64,000 bases of DNA from Sporosarcina ureae (GCF_029267015.1 NZ_JARIEA010000070.1:269-64268); one strand, 5' to 3'; shown: positions 30,990 through 43,776, numbered from the stretch's first letter. The notes: generated by a model from the letters alone, not told the origin. Translations and numbers: made by a program.

Positions 30990-31319
30990 TCAATTGACAT
31001 CAGCTTTGTTCAGTTCACGTTCTTCAGCTACGAATTGCTTATAATGTTTTTGAGCATTAAAGTTAAATATCGCAACATAGCCACCGAATAAAATGAAGAT
31101 AGCGGACACGATATATGTTAGAGCACCATCAAAAATAAGTAATTGATTGACTCCGAAAAAAATCAATAGCGCACCAAGTGCTGTGCCTGCCATGCTTGCA
31201 TACATCTTTTTACGGATGGGAAACATGGGGCTTGTGCGGAATTGGCGTGTTTTGAAAACGAAATAGAATACGCCGGAAGCGATTATACCAAATACAAAAA
31301 TAAAATTAACCATTTCCAT
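30990..31319 (-). CDS. ytpI: YtpI-family small membrane protein
   Basis: KTRQFRT...RKKMYASMAG; three TM helices; antisense between ytoI and nrnA. Confidence 0.75.
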   Translation of the reverse strand: MEMVNFIFVFGIIASGVFYFVFKTRQFRTSPMFPIRKKMYASMAGTALGALLIFFGVNQLLIFDGALTYIVSAIFILFGGYVAIFNFNAQKHYKQFVAEERELNKADVN

Positions 31320-31438
31320 CAAAAAAGCCTCCATTATATGAAAAATAACCTGTGGCCTACGCGTCGAGGTTCACTATACATTGTAGCGGCTTTTAAAAGG
31401 AAATGCGAATACTTGTGCAGAAACCTGGGGGAATATAC

Positions 31439-32380
31439 ATGAAACGACAAATCATTGACACAATTGAACAATACGAGAAAATCATCATCCACCGTCACGT
31501 CCGACCGGATCCCGATGCATACGGATCACAAATGGGATTGAAAGAACTTATCAAAAAGAATTACCCTAAAAAGCAAGTACTTGCGGCAGGAGAACATGAT
31601 GAACTATTAAGTTATTTAGGAAAACCGGATGCGGTGACTGAAGCAGATTACGAAGGTGCCCTTGTTATTGTCACCGATACTGCAAACACGGACCGTATTG
31701 ACGGACCTTTTTACGATAAAGGTACGTATGTTTTGAAAATCGATCATCACCCGAACGAAGATCCATATGGTAATGAACGCTGGGTGAATACAGACGCGAG
31801 TTCTTGTTCTGAAATGATCTATACGATTTATGAGGAAGGTCACGCGTCATTCGGATGGGAAATGTCTCCGGAAGCAGCACGTTTCCTTTTCGCAGGGATT
31901 GTGGGTGACACAGGCCGATTTATGTTCCAAAGCACGACTGAAAAAACTTTTGAAGCAGCTAGTTCATTGATCAAGCAACCATTTGATCGCACCGAGTTAT
32001 TTGCTGGGATGTACGAAGTCGATCGTAAAATCTTGCATCTACAAGGTTATGTGTACCAAAACTTTACAATCGATGAAAATGGAGCAGCGTATATTAAACT
32101 AACACAGGAAATTCTGGATCAATTCGATGTCACAGTGTCAGAGACTTCGCAATTAGTAGGGTCACTGGGCGATGTAAAAGGAATTTGTGCTTGGATTATC
32201 TTTATTGAAGAAAATGATCAAATTCGTGTCCGTCTCCGTTCGAAAGGGCCTGTCATTAATACGTTAGCGATGCAACATAATGGTGGTGGCCATCCGCTGG
32301 CCTCAGGCGCTTCCGCATATTCCTGGACAGAAGTAGATGAAATCATCGTCAAACTGCAAGAACTTTGCAGAAAATATTAA
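31439..32380 (+). CDS. nrnA: DHH/DHHA1 oligoribonuclease / pAp phosphatase NrnA
   Basis: HRHVRPDPDAYGSQ, IDHH, GIVGDTGRF, GGGHPLASG. Confidence 0.95.
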   Translation: MKRQIIDTIEQYEKIIIHRHVRPDPDAYGSQMGLKELIKKNYPKKQVLAAGEHDELLSYLGKPDAVTEADYEGALVIVTDTANTDRIDGPFYDKGTYVLKIDHHPNEDPYGNERWVNTDASSCSEMIYTIYEEGHASFGWEMSPEAARFLFAGIVGDTGRFMFQSTTEKTFEAASSLIKQPFDRTELFAGMYEVDRKILHLQGYVYQNFTIDENGAAYIKLTQEILDQFDVTVSETSQLVGSLGDVKGICAWIIFIEENDQIRVRLRSKGPVINTLAMQHNGGGHPLASGASAYSWTEVDEIIVKLQELCRKY

Positions 32381-32399
32381 GCAGAGCTGAGGGATTGAA

Positions 32400-35300
32400 A
32401 TGAACCTGATGTATCCGCAAATCGTAACGGGCGCAGACTTACTGCGTGGAATTGTAAAGTTAGATGAACTGGCTCCTCTTTTGCAAAAAAGAGGGGCTTC
32501 TTCTGCTGCTATCGTCAATAGTAAATTATATGGTGTCCGATCGTTCAGCAAAATGTTAGCTAAATACGGCATCCGTCCTGTAATCGGTTTGTCCGTTACA
32601 TTGGAAGTCGAAGATCATGAAGTACTTGTTTATATTTATGCACAAAACGAAACAGGGTTCTCTAATCTAATGAAAATGAGCAGCGCCATTTCTACGCGTG
32701 ACGAAGAGAACCTCCCACTCAACTGGCTTCAAGCTTACAGAGAAGGGTGCATCATCATATGCGCGATGACAGATTCTTCATGGGCGAATGCGCGTGATCT
32801 ACACGTCTTGCAGCTAGTGGCAGAAAAAGATTCTAACGCTTCAACATTCATTGGAATCGGTAGGCCTGGGGGAGGAGCGCATACTGAAGAAGCAAGCATT
32901 ATTCAATTAAGTGAAGAAAGTCGATTGCCGATCGCTGCTTGTCAAGAAACGCGCTTTCTTCATAAGGAAGATTTTCAAGCTTACGAAGTCGCGACAGCCA
33001 TACGCAAAGGCTATAAATTGAATGATTCTCAAAAGCCCCCTAATCGTTATCGACAAGCTTATTTACCACAACGAGAAGAACTTGTTAATTGGTTTGGTGA
33101 TCATCCAGAATGGTTACAGACAACAGAAGACATTATGGATTCGTGCGTAGTAACTATCCAAAAAGAAGATTTCCTCATGCCAAAGTTTCCTGTCGCAGAC
33201 AGCCAAGCGCCTATTTCACTTCTCGAGCAAAATTGTCGAAAAGGACTTCAAGCACGTTTCCAGTCACTGCCAGAAGAATACGAACAACGTCTTCACTACG
33301 AACTATCCATTATCGATCAGATGGGCTTCACCGATTACTTCCTAATAGTAGAAGACTATGTGCGTTACGCAAAAACGGAAGGCATCCTAGTTGGTCCTGG
33401 GCGTGGGTCTTCTGCAGGCTCTTTAGTGGCGTTCGCACTCGGGATTACAGAAGTGGACCCAATCAAATATGGATTGCTATTTGAACGTTTTTTAAATCCC
33501 GAACGTGTAACGATGCCTGATATTGATATCGATTTTGCGGATAATCGCAGAACAGAAGTGGTGAATTATGTGGCAAATACATACGGTAAACAATATGCCG
33601 CACAGATTATCACATTCGGTACGTTGTCAACGAAAGCAGTCGCACGAAATGTGGCCAGGGTGCTAGACTTCACGCCTGAAGAAGTTCGATTCATGTCCAA
33701 TGAATTAAATAGTGGTCGATCATTCAAAGAAACGATTATCCAGTCAAAGAAACTACGTGACTGGATTCAAGTAGAGCCACGTAGAGAGCTGTGGCGGCAA
33801 GCTGCGGAACGCTTGGAAGATTTACCGAGAAACGCATCGACGCATGCAGCTGGTGTCGTCCTTGCAGCTAAACCTCTCGTCCATTACGTTCCATTGCAGA
33901 TTGGATCAGATGAAGTATTCCTGACACAATGGGCGATGAAAGACGTGGAAGAAGTCGGTTTATTGAAAATGGACTTCCTTGGATTACGTAATTTAACGCT
34001 ACTCGACAGAATCCGTGCAATGATTCAATACAATAAAAAGCAGATTATTGATTTTGAACGCATTCCACTCGATGATCAGGCCACGTACAAATTATTTAAA
34101 AATGGTGACACAACAGGAATCTTCCAATTTGAATCGCCCGGCATGCGGCGTGCATTAAAGACTATACAGCCGGATAATTTCAAAGATGTATACTCAGTAA
34201 ACGCGCTATATCGACCAGGTCCTATGGAGTTCATTCCGCTGTATAGTCGTCGGAAAAATGGACAAGAGCCGACTGTCTACGACATACCAGAGCTAGAACC
34301 TATTCTCTCGGAGACATACGGTATCATTATTTATCAAGAACAGATCATGAAACTTGCGGTGGAAATTGCCGGCTTTACGATGGCAGAAGCGGATCTTCTA
34401 AGGCGGGCAATCAGCAAGAAAAATCAGCAAGTATTAGAAGAGGAACGGCAACACTTTATTGCGGGGGCAAGTAAAAAAGGGTTTGATCAAATCAAAGCGA
34501 ATAATGTATACAACTTAATTGTTAAATTCGCGGATTATGGATTTCCGAAAAGCCATGCGGTGGCCTATTCAATGGTTTCCTATCGACTGGCATTTTTTAA
34601 AGCAAATGAACCTACTTACTTTTATGCAGCATTCCTTTCCTCATTAACTGGAAGCAAAGACAAGATGATGGAAGTAATTCGTGAAATGAAGGCAAAAGGA
34701 ATCCAGATACTACCGCCATCTGTCAAGACTAGCCGTTATTCACATACAGTGGAAGGACATGCGATTCGTCTCGGTCTGGGCGCAATTAAAGGAGTTACCT
34801 TCGCATTTTATCAGCAATTGGCGGCTGCCAGGGAAAAGGGGAGTTGGTCATCGATGTTTGACATGGCTATCTCACTTGGAGCCGATCATTTTTCTGAAAA
34901 AGCCATCATCCCATTAATTAAATCAGGTGCACTCGACGATTTTAATCAAAAACGCTCAGTTCTTCTCGCTTCGATAGATGCAGCTCATTCCCATGCACTT
35001 TTCATAGGAGATGATGCATTAAGTGATCAATTCCAATTTAATTCGCAACCCAAATATACACCAGGCGGCACAATGGATCAGATGACGAAGCTTGGTTTCG
35101 AACATGATACGTTAGGATTTTATTTATCCGAGCATCCCGTGGAACAATTAAAAAGAAATGCAGCGAGTCAGATCCCACCGATCGCGTCACTGTTCTCTTT
35201 GAACCGAGGGACGAAAGCAACGTGTATAGGAATCATCTTATCGATCAAACGTATTCGTACTAAAAAGGGGGAAGCTATGGCTTTTCTAACGATACAGGAC

Positions 35301-35468
35301 GAGACGGAAGAAATATCGTGTACAGTATTTCCGAAACAATATGCACAGATCAGCGTCCAGTTAAAAGAAGAAGCGTTTGTTCAAGTGTCAGGTAGCATCG
35401 ATTTTCGTAATCAATCTGTTCAACTCATTGTCGAGCAATTAGAGTCACTGAGTCTTTCAGGAGACTGA
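32400..35468 (+). CDS. dnaE: DNA polymerase III alpha subunit DnaE
   Basis: GPGRGSSAGS, MPDIDIDF, STHAAGVV, KMDFLGLRNL, FADYGFPKSH; degenerate PHP N-terminus. Confidence 0.96.
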   Translation: MNLMYPQIVTGADLLRGIVKLDELAPLLQKRGASSAAIVNSKLYGVRSFSKMLAKYGIRPVIGLSVTLEVEDHEVLVYIYAQNETGFSNLMKMSSAISTRDEENLPLNWLQAYREGCIIICAMTDSSWANARDLHVLQLVAEKDSNASTFIGIGRPGGGAHTEEASIIQLSEESRLPIAACQETRFLHKEDFQAYEVATAIRKGYKLNDSQKPPNRYRQAYLPQREELVNWFGDHPEWLQTTEDIMDSCVVTIQKEDFLMPKFPVADSQAPISLLEQNCRKGLQARFQSLPEEYEQRLHYELSIIDQMGFTDYFLIVEDYVRYAKTEGILVGPGRGSSAGSLVAFALGITEVDPIKYGLLFERFLNPERVTMPDIDIDFADNRRTEVVNYVANTYGKQYAAQIITFGTLSTKAVARNVARVLDFTPEEVRFMSNELNSGRSFKETIIQSKKLRDWIQVEPRRELWRQAAERLEDLPRNASTHAAGVVLAAKPLVHYVPLQIGSDEVFLTQWAMKDVEEVGLLKMDFLGLRNLTLLDRIRAMIQYNKKQIIDFERIPLDDQATYKLFKNGDTTGIFQFESPGMRRALKTIQPDNFKDVYSVNALYRPGPMEFIPLYSRRKNGQEPTVYDIPELEPILSETYGIIIYQEQIMKLAVEIAGFTMAEADLLRRAISKKNQQVLEEERQHFIAGASKKGFDQIKANNVYNLIVKFADYGFPKSHAVAYSMVSYRLAFFKANEPTYFYAAFLSSLTGSKDKMMEVIREMKAKGIQILPPSVKTSRYSHTVEGHAIRLGLGAIKGVTFAFYQQLAAAREKGSWSSMFDMAISLGADHFSEKAIIPLIKSGALDDFNQKRSVLLASIDAAHSHALFIGDDALSDQFQFNSQPKYTPGGTMDQMTKLGFEHDTLGFYLSEHPVEQLKRNAASQIPPIASLFSLNRGTKATCIGIILSIKRIRTKKGEAMAFLTIQDETEEISCTVFPKQYAQISVQLKEEAFVQVSGSIDFRNQSVQLIVEQLESLSLSGD

Positions 35469-35500
35469 AAAAGTGGTTCATAATGTATGGGTAAAATCTT

Positions 35501-35543
35501 GTATAGTCCATCATGACGCAATCTGCGCCATGATGGACTATAC
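35501..35543. other. Perfect 15-bp inverted repeat
   Basis: GTATAGTCCATCATG-N13-CATGATGGACTATAC. Confidence 0.8.
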
Positions 35544-35660
35544 TTCGACTTTTTACTAAGCGAGCGTTCAGTCAGTACGAAAAATGACGAAATAAAAACA
35601 CTTGTAATTTCACGATATTGCTTTACGTAGTGCCGACTTTTTTGTATGCTAGTATGCAGG

Positions 35661-35673
35661 GTGGTCAGACCAC
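35661..35673. promoter_or_regulatory. Candidate FadR/GntR-type operator
   Basis: Palindrome GTGGTC-A-GACCAC just downstream of a possible TTTACG-N17-TATGCT promoter and upstream of a GntR gene. Confidence 0.6.
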
Positions 35674-35705
35674 TCCGTTTATGGAACGAAAAAGGAGTTC
35701 TCCTC

Positions 35706-36368
35706 ATGCAAAATCCACAATCATCATCCAAGCGTTTTTTGGATATTATCGGAGAACTACAATTACTGATTAGTGAACAAAAAATCGAGTATGGCGATAA
35801 GTTACCATCTGAACGTCATTTAGCGGAAAAGCTGCAAGTAAGCAGAACGGCAGTACGCGAGGCGTTACGAAGTATGGAATTGCTTGGCCTCATTGAAACA
35901 AGACGAGGCGAAGGAACATTTCTATCCGATTTCAAAAAACATCAGTTAGTGGAAGTTCTCTCGACGTTTATTATGCAGCAAGCGCGATCTATCCAAGATG
36001 TAGTTGAAACAAGGATGATTCATGAACGTGCAGCTATTACAACGGTTACAGAAAATGAAGAACTGCGTATGCTGCCTGTATGGAAAGGCATGCAAAGTAA
36101 ATTGCGAGAAGAAGAGTCTGTGTTTTTGCGTGAAGATATTGTGCGCGAAACTATTGTCGCTACTGAAAATCGGCTCTCCTTGAAAATTTGGTTTTTATTG
36201 AAACAGTATAGTGGTGTTTCTTTCGATGTAGCTATTGCAACAGATGAAGAAATAGTAACTGTGCATGAACTGCTGGACGAAATAATGGCAGGGAATACGG
36301 AAAAAGCCTTAACTTGGTATGAAAAATGGATGCATCAAGTTGAGGGAGAAAGAAGGGGAACGGAATGA
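35706..36368 (+). CDS. FadR/GntR-family transcriptional regulator
   Basis: [43 protein letters not shown] winged HTH; ATGA overlap with accD. Confidence 0.92.
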   Translation: MQNPQSSSKRFLDIIGELQLLISEQKIEYGDKLPSERHLAEKLQVSRTAVREALRSMELLGLIETRRGEGTFLSDFKKHQLVEVLSTFIMQQARSIQDVVETRMIHERAAITTVTENEELRMLPVWKGMQSKLREEESVFLREDIVRETIVATENRLSLKIWFLLKQYSGVSFDVAIATDEEIVTVHELLDEIMAGNTEKALTWYEKWMHQVEGERRGTE

Positions 36369-37237
36369 GTATCAAGCAATTATTTAAAAAGAAACCAAAA
36401 GTTGACCAACATACAATGCCGTCTGCTCAAAGTAAAGCAGATGTACCAGAAGGAATTATGACAAAATGTCCGGAGTGTAAGCATGTGATTTTGACAAAGG
36501 ACTTGCTGAAGAATGGTAAAGTTTGCCCTTCTTGTCAGCATCATTATAAAATGACGGCACAAGAACGAATCGATCACTTATTTGACGAAGGCAGCTTTGA
36601 ATCAATGGATAATCACTTAAAGACAGAGAATCCGCTAAACTTCCCTGCTTATACAGAAAAAGTTGAAAAAGACGCATTAGCAACTGGACTAAACGAAGCT
36701 GTGCTTACTGGTGTCGGAACCATTCATGAGAACCGAGTCGCAGTTGCCGTGATGGATGCACATTTTCGTATGGGTTCCATGGGTTCGGTAGTTGGGGAAA
36801 AGATCACAAGAGCTGTAGAGAAAGCTACTGAATTAGGAATTCCTATGTTGATCTTCTCGGCAAGTGGCGGTGCCCGTATGCAAGAAGGCGTCATTAGTCT
36901 AATGCAAATGGCTAAAGTAAGTGTAGCTCTTGAAAGACATGCCAACAAAGGCTTATTGTATATTTCCATTATGACATACCCGACGACAGGTGGCGTATCG
37001 GCTAGTTTCGCTTCAGTTGGTGATATCAACTTGGCAGAGCCGAAAGCTCTAATAGGATTTGCGGGACGGCGCGTAATTGAACAAACAGTACGTGAAAAAC
37101 TGCCGGAAGATTTCCAGACAGCAGAGTTTTTATTGAATCACGGGCAATTGGATGCGGTAGTTCATCGCAATGAAATGCCAGAAGTGATGAATAAAATCCT
37201 GAGCCTTCACGCACGGAAGGAGATCGAAATTGTATGA
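36365..37237 (+). CDS. accD: Acetyl-CoA carboxylase carboxyltransferase beta
   Basis: C4 Zn finger CPECK...[33 protein letters not shown]. Confidence 0.98.
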   Translation: MSIKQLFKKKPKVDQHTMPSAQSKADVPEGIMTKCPECKHVILTKDLLKNGKVCPSCQHHYKMTAQERIDHLFDEGSFESMDNHLKTENPLNFPAYTEKVEKDALATGLNEAVLTGVGTIHENRVAVAVMDAHFRMGSMGSVVGEKITRAVEKATELGIPMLIFSASGGARMQEGVISLMQMAKVSVALERHANKGLLYISIMTYPTTGGVSASFASVGDINLAEPKALIGFAGRRVIEQTVREKLPEDFQTAEFLLNHGQLDAVVHRNEMPEVMNKILSLHARKEIEIV

Positions 37238-38187
37238 GTAAAACACTCGCATTTGAAGAACCTATCGTAAAATTGCGTGAAAAAATCAATGAATTAGAAG
37301 AGTATACAGCAATGAATGATGTAGATCTTTCTTCTGAAATCATCAATCTGAAAAACCGCTTGTCGAAATTAGAAAAAGATATCTATGAAGGCATGGAGCC
37401 GTGGGATCGTGTACAAGTAGCTCGGCATCCGGAAAGACCTACAACGAAAGATTATATTACTCGTTTGTTTGAAGACTTCCTTGAGTTTCATGGCGACCGC
37501 AACTTTGGAGATGACGAAGCCATAATAGGCGGAATTGCTTCATTTGAAGAAACGCCTATTACAATTATCGGACATCAGCGCGGTAAAGATACGAAAGAAA
37601 ATGTTAAACGCAACTTCGGTATGCCACATCCTGAAGGGTACCGTAAAGCACTCCGTCTGATGAAACAAGCGGAAAAGTTCAATCGTCCTATTATCTGTTT
37701 CATTGATACTAAAGGTGCGTATCCTGGTAAGGCGGCGGAAGAACGTGGACAAAGTGAAGCGATCGCCCGCAACCTCGTTGAAATGGCAGGCTTGAAAGTT
37801 CCTGTAATCTCCATCGTTATTGGAGAAGGAGGCAGTGGGGGTGCGTTGGCTCTAGGAGTTGCAAATCATATCCATATGCTTGAAAACTCCACATACTCGG
37901 TTATTTCACCTGAAGGCGCAGCTTCTATCTTGTGGAAGGATCCATCACTTGCTAAACAGGCGGCGGAAGCGATGAAAATCACTGCACCTGATTTGAAAGA
38001 TATGAACATCATTGATGAAATCATTCCCGAAGTACTTGGTGGTGCACATCGTGATGCTAATAAACAGGCTATTGAGATCCGTTGTACTATACGTAGATCA
38101 TTAAAGGAATTATGCGATTTATCATCAGAAGAGTTGATTGATAACCGATACAATAAATTCCGGAGTATTGGCGTGTTTTCGGAATAA
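37234..38187 (+). CDS. accA: Acetyl-CoA carboxylase carboxyltransferase alpha
   Basis: [37 protein letters not shown]. Confidence 0.98.
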   Translation: MSKTLAFEEPIVKLREKINELEEYTAMNDVDLSSEIINLKNRLSKLEKDIYEGMEPWDRVQVARHPERPTTKDYITRLFEDFLEFHGDRNFGDDEAIIGGIASFEETPITIIGHQRGKDTKENVKRNFGMPHPEGYRKALRLMKQAEKFNRPIICFIDTKGAYPGKAAEERGQSEAIARNLVEMAGLKVPVISIVIGEGGSGGALALGVANHIHMLENSTYSVISPEGAASILWKDPSLAKQAAEAMKITAPDLKDMNIIDEIIPEVLGGAHRDANKQAIEIRCTIRRSLKELCDLSSEELIDNRYNKFRSIGVFSE

Positions 38188-38232
38188 AAGATGCGGGCAA
38201 CCGCGTCTTTTGCTCGTACATACAAGTAATGA

Positions 38233-39210
<978 letters not shown>

Positions 39211-39248
39211 TTAGTCAGAGTCGACATGACGCAGAGGAGCGATAAGTA

Positions 39249-41009
39249 GTGAGAAAGACAAAAATCGTGTGTACAATCGGTCCAGCAAGTGAATCTTACG
39301 AAGGATTGCTAGAACTGATTGACGCAGGGATGAACGTTGCACGCCTGAACTTCTCCCACGGCACCCAAGAAGAGCATAGAATACGTATTGAAAGAATTCG
39401 CAAAGCGGCAGCTGAAAAAGAAAAAGTAGTTGGAATCTTGCTCGATACAAAAGGTCCTGAAATTCGAACGCATAAAATGACAGAAGGCCAAATCGAGTTA
39501 GTAAGAGGACAAGCAGTAGATATCTCAATGCAAGAAGTACTCGGTACTGCAAAAACATTTTCCGTTACGTACGAACAGTTAATTCATGACGTCGATCGCG
39601 GTTCATTCGTGCTTTTAGATGATGGCTTGATTGAACTTGAAGTAACAGGCAAAGATATCGAAAAAGGATTAATTCATACAAAAGTAATTAACGCAGGTCC
39701 TTTAAAAGATAATAAAGGTGTCAACGTTCCGAATGTATCTGTGCAATTGCCAGGAATTACGGATAAAGATAAAGAGGATATCCTTTTCGGTATTGAACAG
39801 GGCGTTGATTTTATCGCAGCTTCTTTCGTACGTCGTGCATCTGATGTTATTCAAATCCGTGAATTACTTGAAAATAATAATGGCGGACATATTCATATCG
39901 TACCAAAGATTGAAAATCAGGAAGGCGTAGACAATCTAGACGAAATTCTTCAATTGTCTGATGGCCTGATGGTTGCGCGTGGAGATCTAGGAGTAGAAAT
40001 TCCCGCTGAAGAAGTTCCTTTGGTACAAAAAATGATGATCCGTAAATGTAACCAGTATGGTAAACCTGTTATCACAGCGACGCAAATGCTGGATTCCATG
40101 CAAAGAAACCCACGTCCTACACGTGCTGAAGCAAGTGATGTAGCCAACGCGATTTTGGACGGTTCAGATGCTGTTATGCTTTCGGGTGAAACGGCTGCTG
40201 GAATGTACCCGGTCGAATCTGTAAAAGTAATGTGCAAAATTGCTTTGTCTACTGAAGAATCCATGGACTTCCATTCTGTCGTTTCCACAAGAACAAGAGA
40301 AAAAGAAGGGAATCTAACAGAGGCGATTGGACAAGCTGCTTCTTATACAGCTCTTAACTTGAATGTTAAAGCGATTTTGGCACCAACGGAAAGTGGTCAA
40401 ACTGCAACAATGATCGCGAAATACCGTCCTGGTGTTCCTATTATTGCGGTAACACGTTCAGAAGTGATTTCCAATAAACTGACACTTGTTTGGGGTGTTT
40501 ATCCAATCGTTGGAAAGAAAGCACTCGACATCGACGGTATTCTTCAGGAATCAGTCGAAGAAAGTGTTAAACACCAATATGTTACTCATGGCGATGTAGT
40601 GATCATCACTGCGGGTGTACCAGTCGGTAAAGCAGGCACAACCAACTTGATGAAATTACACGTTATCGGGGATTTAATTGGTCGCGGCCAAGGTATCGGC
40701 AAAAACGTTGCCTTCGGTAAAGCGAAGATTATCAAGAATTCACAGGAAGCATTAACACAAATCAAAGATGGTGACATCATTGTCACGCATTCTACAGACC
40801 GTGATATGTTTGCTGCTCTTGAGCGATGCGCAGGCATCATCACCGAAACAGGAGGACTCACTAGCCATGCAGCAGTTGTTGGTTTAAGTCTAGGTATACC
40901 TGTAATCGTTGGTGCTGAAAACATTACATCGGTTATTAAAAATGGCAGTGACATTACAATGGATGCAGCGAGCGGTGTAATCTACAACGGTCACGCAAAA
41001 GTATTGTAA
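39249..41009 (+). CDS. pyk: Pyruvate kinase with C-terminal PEP-utiliser domain
   Basis: [33 protein letters not shown]; C-terminal [10 protein letters not shown]. Confidence 0.98.
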   Translation: MRKTKIVCTIGPASESYEGLLELIDAGMNVARLNFSHGTQEEHRIRIERIRKAAAEKEKVVGILLDTKGPEIRTHKMTEGQIELVRGQAVDISMQEVLGTAKTFSVTYEQLIHDVDRGSFVLLDDGLIELEVTGKDIEKGLIHTKVINAGPLKDNKGVNVPNVSVQLPGITDKDKEDILFGIEQGVDFIAASFVRRASDVIQIRELLENNNGGHIHIVPKIENQEGVDNLDEILQLSDGLMVARGDLGVEIPAEEVPLVQKMMIRKCNQYGKPVITATQMLDSMQRNPRPTRAEASDVANAILDGSDAVMLSGETAAGMYPVESVKVMCKIALSTEESMDFHSVVSTRTREKEGNLTEAIGQAASYTALNLNVKAILAPTESGQTATMIAKYRPGVPIIAVTRSEVISNKLTLVWGVYPIVGKKALDIDGILQESVEESVKHQYVTHGDVVIITAGVPVGKAGTTNLMKLHVIGDLIGRGQGIGKNVAFGKAKIIKNSQEALTQIKDGDIIVTHSTDRDMFAALERCAGIITETGGLTSHAAVVGLSLGIPVIVGAENITSVIKNGSDITMDAASGVIYNGHAKVL

Positions 41010-41017
41010 AAATATAT

Positions 41018-41052
41018 AGACCGCTTCTCGTAAAGAGAGAGCGGTCTTTTTT
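41018..41052 (+). terminator. Terminator after pyk
   Basis: AGACCGCT/AGCGGTCT stem plus TTTTT. Confidence 0.8.
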
Positions 41053-41064
41053 GGAGGTTCCTAT

Positions 41065-41448
41065 ATGAAATGGTTAATAGCGTTATTCATCATTGTGCCA
41101 ACGTCAGAACTGGCATTATTAATGTTTTCAGGTAAAACACTTGGGATCATGCCGACAATTTTAATTATTATCGCGACCGGTATCGGCGGTGCTTACCTAG
41201 CCAAGAAACAAGGTCTACGTGCATGGCGCGATTTACAGTTTCGCATGGCCAACAGAGAAACGCCTGGTAAAGCGCTAGTCGACAGTGTGTGTATTTTACT
41301 AGGTGGATTATTATTATTAATGCCGGGCTTCATTACAGATATTGTAGGACTATTATTATTGTTCAGTGGTCCACGTAAAATTTTGTATCCGTTTATCGTC
41401 AAATGGATTTACAATAAAATACGTAATGGTCAAATCCGAGTTATGTAA
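41065..41448 (+). CDS. fxsA: FxsA-family membrane protein
   Basis: TGIGGAYLAKKQG, GGLLLLMPGFITD. Confidence 0.92.
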   Translation: MKWLIALFIIVPTSELALLMFSGKTLGIMPTILIIIATGIGGAYLAKKQGLRAWRDLQFRMANRETPGKALVDSVCILLGGLLLLMPGFITDIVGLLLLFSGPRKILYPFIVKWIYNKIRNGQIRVM

Positions 41449-42406
41449 ATGTCGGATGTTCTTTAACTTTTAATGCGATAAATAAGAAAAAGGGTAAAAA
41501 CATGATACCGTACAACCCGAATAAATACACTGCACAAGCGGTAATAATGAAAGAGTGTACGGTTCGTAATTTAAACGCGTGTGCCCAAAGAAGGGATTCA
41601 ACCATCTGTCGGCTGACGAGTAGTACGATATATAGGACCAATAAGCCGATCGCGATGTGTATATCGTCAATATAGAAAGAAAACGCAATCATCGGAAGAA
41701 ATACTAGTCCTATTCCCAGGAACGGAATGCTGTCAACTAACGATATCAAGAATGCTTTTGTTAGAAATGATTCAAAATCAAGTAGCCAAAAACCGATCGC
41801 CATCAGTGTAAAGGTCATGAAGAATAAGCGGATTTGGACCGAGAAGAAATGCCCCATCAAACGGCTTGACCTATCAAAAATCTTGCGTGCTACCTGTCTG
41901 AAGTTTTTAGGGAAGTAAACTAAAAACCAAAAGCGATTGGTGGCACTTTCTCGTAAAGCGAAAAAGTACGCGATAATAAATAAAAATGTACTGAAAATTT
42001 GCTGAAACGTCTTTTGCAGTAAACTAATGATCCCTTCCATTGCCTCATGACTTAATTGAATAAATTGTTCTGCGGCGGCATGTAAATTCCAGCCTTTGCT
42101 ATCCATCATTTCGATAATTACACCTAATTGATCTTCCATTGTCCATATGACAGAAATCAATCCGTTGATTGATAGAAATAGAAAGGTGTATACTAAAGAG
42201 GCAAGCACCACCATTATGAATAAAGCAGCTAGAAAAGCCGGCAGTTTTGTAAGCGCAATTAAAGAATTCATAAGCGGAGCAGTGAAGAAAGCGAAAACTA
42301 TCGCAAACCCTATAGGTGGGATCACGATGAGAAAAATCACGATTAATATAGCCGGCAACCATTGACGGGCATAGGTTTGGAAGCGCTTGGAGTCGATGGA
42401 TATCAT
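41441..42406 (-). CDS. ytvI: YtvI-like AI-2E family transporter
   Basis: Multi-TM; VDSIPFLGIG, RQMVES; position between fxsA and citZ; start codon uncertain. Confidence 0.7.
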   Translation of the reverse strand: MISIDSKRFQTYARQWLPAILIVIFLIVIPPIGFAIVFAFFTAPLMNSLIALTKLPAFLAALFIMVVLASLVYTFLFLSINGLISVIWTMEDQLGVIIEMMDSKGWNLHAAAEQFIQLSHEAMEGIISLLQKTFQQIFSTFLFIIAYFFALRESATNRFWFLVYFPKNFRQVARKIFDRSSRLMGHFFSVQIRLFFMTFTLMAIGFWLLDFESFLTKAFLISLVDSIPFLGIGLVFLPMIAFSFYIDDIHIAIGLLVLYIVLLVSRQMVESLLWAHAFKLRTVHSFIITACAVYLFGLYGIMFLPFFLFIALKVKEHPTFT

Positions 42407-42458
42407 GCGGATTTGTCCATTCCTTTCGGGTAATAATAAATAAAAAACATCTTTACCA

Positions 42459-42507
42459 TTCACAAAACCGTTAAAGTTGCTTATAATGGTCTTTGTAAGC
42501 GTTTTAG
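42459..42507 (+). promoter_or_regulatory. citZ promoter with cre-like CcpA site
   Basis: TTCACA-N17-TATAAT (42459-42487); TGTAAGCGTTTTAG at 42494-42507 resembles cre. Confidence 0.55.
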
Positions 42508-42589
42508 ATAAAAATATAATTAGCAGATGGTCATCGTTCTGCACTCCGCTTCAGGGAGATGACCAAACTGGGAAGAAGGAGCGAATATC

Positions 42590-43705
42590 ATGACAGCAAC
42601 AAAAGGTTTGGAAGGTATCGTGGCAGCACAAACTCAAATCAGTTCCATTATCGATGACACTCTTACATACGTAGGATACGGCATCGATGATTTGGCAGAA
42701 AATGCTAGTTTTGAAGAAGTAGTTTACTTGCTTTGGCACAAACGTTTGCCAAATGAAAAGGAACTTGCTGAATTGAAGCAGCAGTTAGAAGATAACGCAG
42801 AAATTCCACAAGGGGTTCTTGATCACTTCAAAACGTACCCAATCGACAAAGTGCATCCAATGGCAGCACTTCGTACAGCAATCTCGCTTCTAGGATTATA
42901 CGATGAAAAAGCGGAAGATATGTCACCAGAAGAAAACTACAAGAAAGCAGTTAAGCTTCAGGCTAAAGTTGCAACAGTAGTTACTGCATTCGCACGTATC
43001 AGAAAAGGACAAGAGCCAGTAGCACCTAAAAAAGGTTTAAGCTATGCGGCAAACTTCCTTTACATGCTTTCTGGGGAAGAGCCTGCTGATATCGCTGAAG
43101 AAGCATTCAACAAAGCACTTGTACTACATGCAGACCATGAGTTGAACGCATCTACGTTCACTGCGCGTGTTTGTGTAGCGACTCTATCTGATATGTATTC
43201 TGGCGTAACTGCTGCAATTGGCGCTCTTAAAGGTCCATTACACGGCGGTGCAAACGAAGCGGTTATGAATATGCTAATGGAAATCGGCGACGAAGATAAG
43301 GTCGATTCATATATTCGTGAAAAACTTGCTAACAAAGAAAAAATCATGGGCTTCGGACACCGTGTATACCGTCAAGGTGATCCACGTGCGAAGCACTTAC
43401 GTGAAATGTCTAAGCGATTGACTACTCTTCGCGGTGAAGAAAAGTGGTACAATATGTCTGAACAAATCGAAGCAATTGTCACTGGAGAAAAGAAATTGCC
43501 TCCAAATGTTGATTTCTATTCCGCTTCGGTATATCATTCATTAGACATCGATCATGATATTTTCACACCTATTTTTGCAGTTTCTCGTTTTTCAGGATGG
43601 ATTGCACATATCCTAGAACAATACGAAAACAACCGCTTGATTCGCCCGCGTGCAGAGTACGTTGGACCAGGCATGCAGAAGTATGTTCCAATCAATGAAC
43701 GATAA
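42590..43705 (+). CDS. citZ: Citrate synthase
   Basis: [35 protein letters not shown]. Confidence 0.98.
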   Translation: MTATKGLEGIVAAQTQISSIIDDTLTYVGYGIDDLAENASFEEVVYLLWHKRLPNEKELAELKQQLEDNAEIPQGVLDHFKTYPIDKVHPMAALRTAISLLGLYDEKAEDMSPEENYKKAVKLQAKVATVVTAFARIRKGQEPVAPKKGLSYAANFLYMLSGEEPADIAEEAFNKALVLHADHELNASTFTARVCVATLSDMYSGVTAAIGALKGPLHGGANEAVMNMLMEIGDEDKVDSYIREKLANKEKIMGFGHRVYRQGDPRAKHLREMSKRLTTLRGEEKWYNMSEQIEAIVTGEKKLPPNVDFYSASVYHSLDIDHDIFTPIFAVSRFSGWIAHILEQYENNRLIRPRAEYVGPGMQKYVPINER

Positions 43706-43776
43706 AAAAAAGTAAATTCGTGGGGCGGTATCTCGTATACCGGCCCACTGATTTTGAACTCAGGAGGATATCAATA

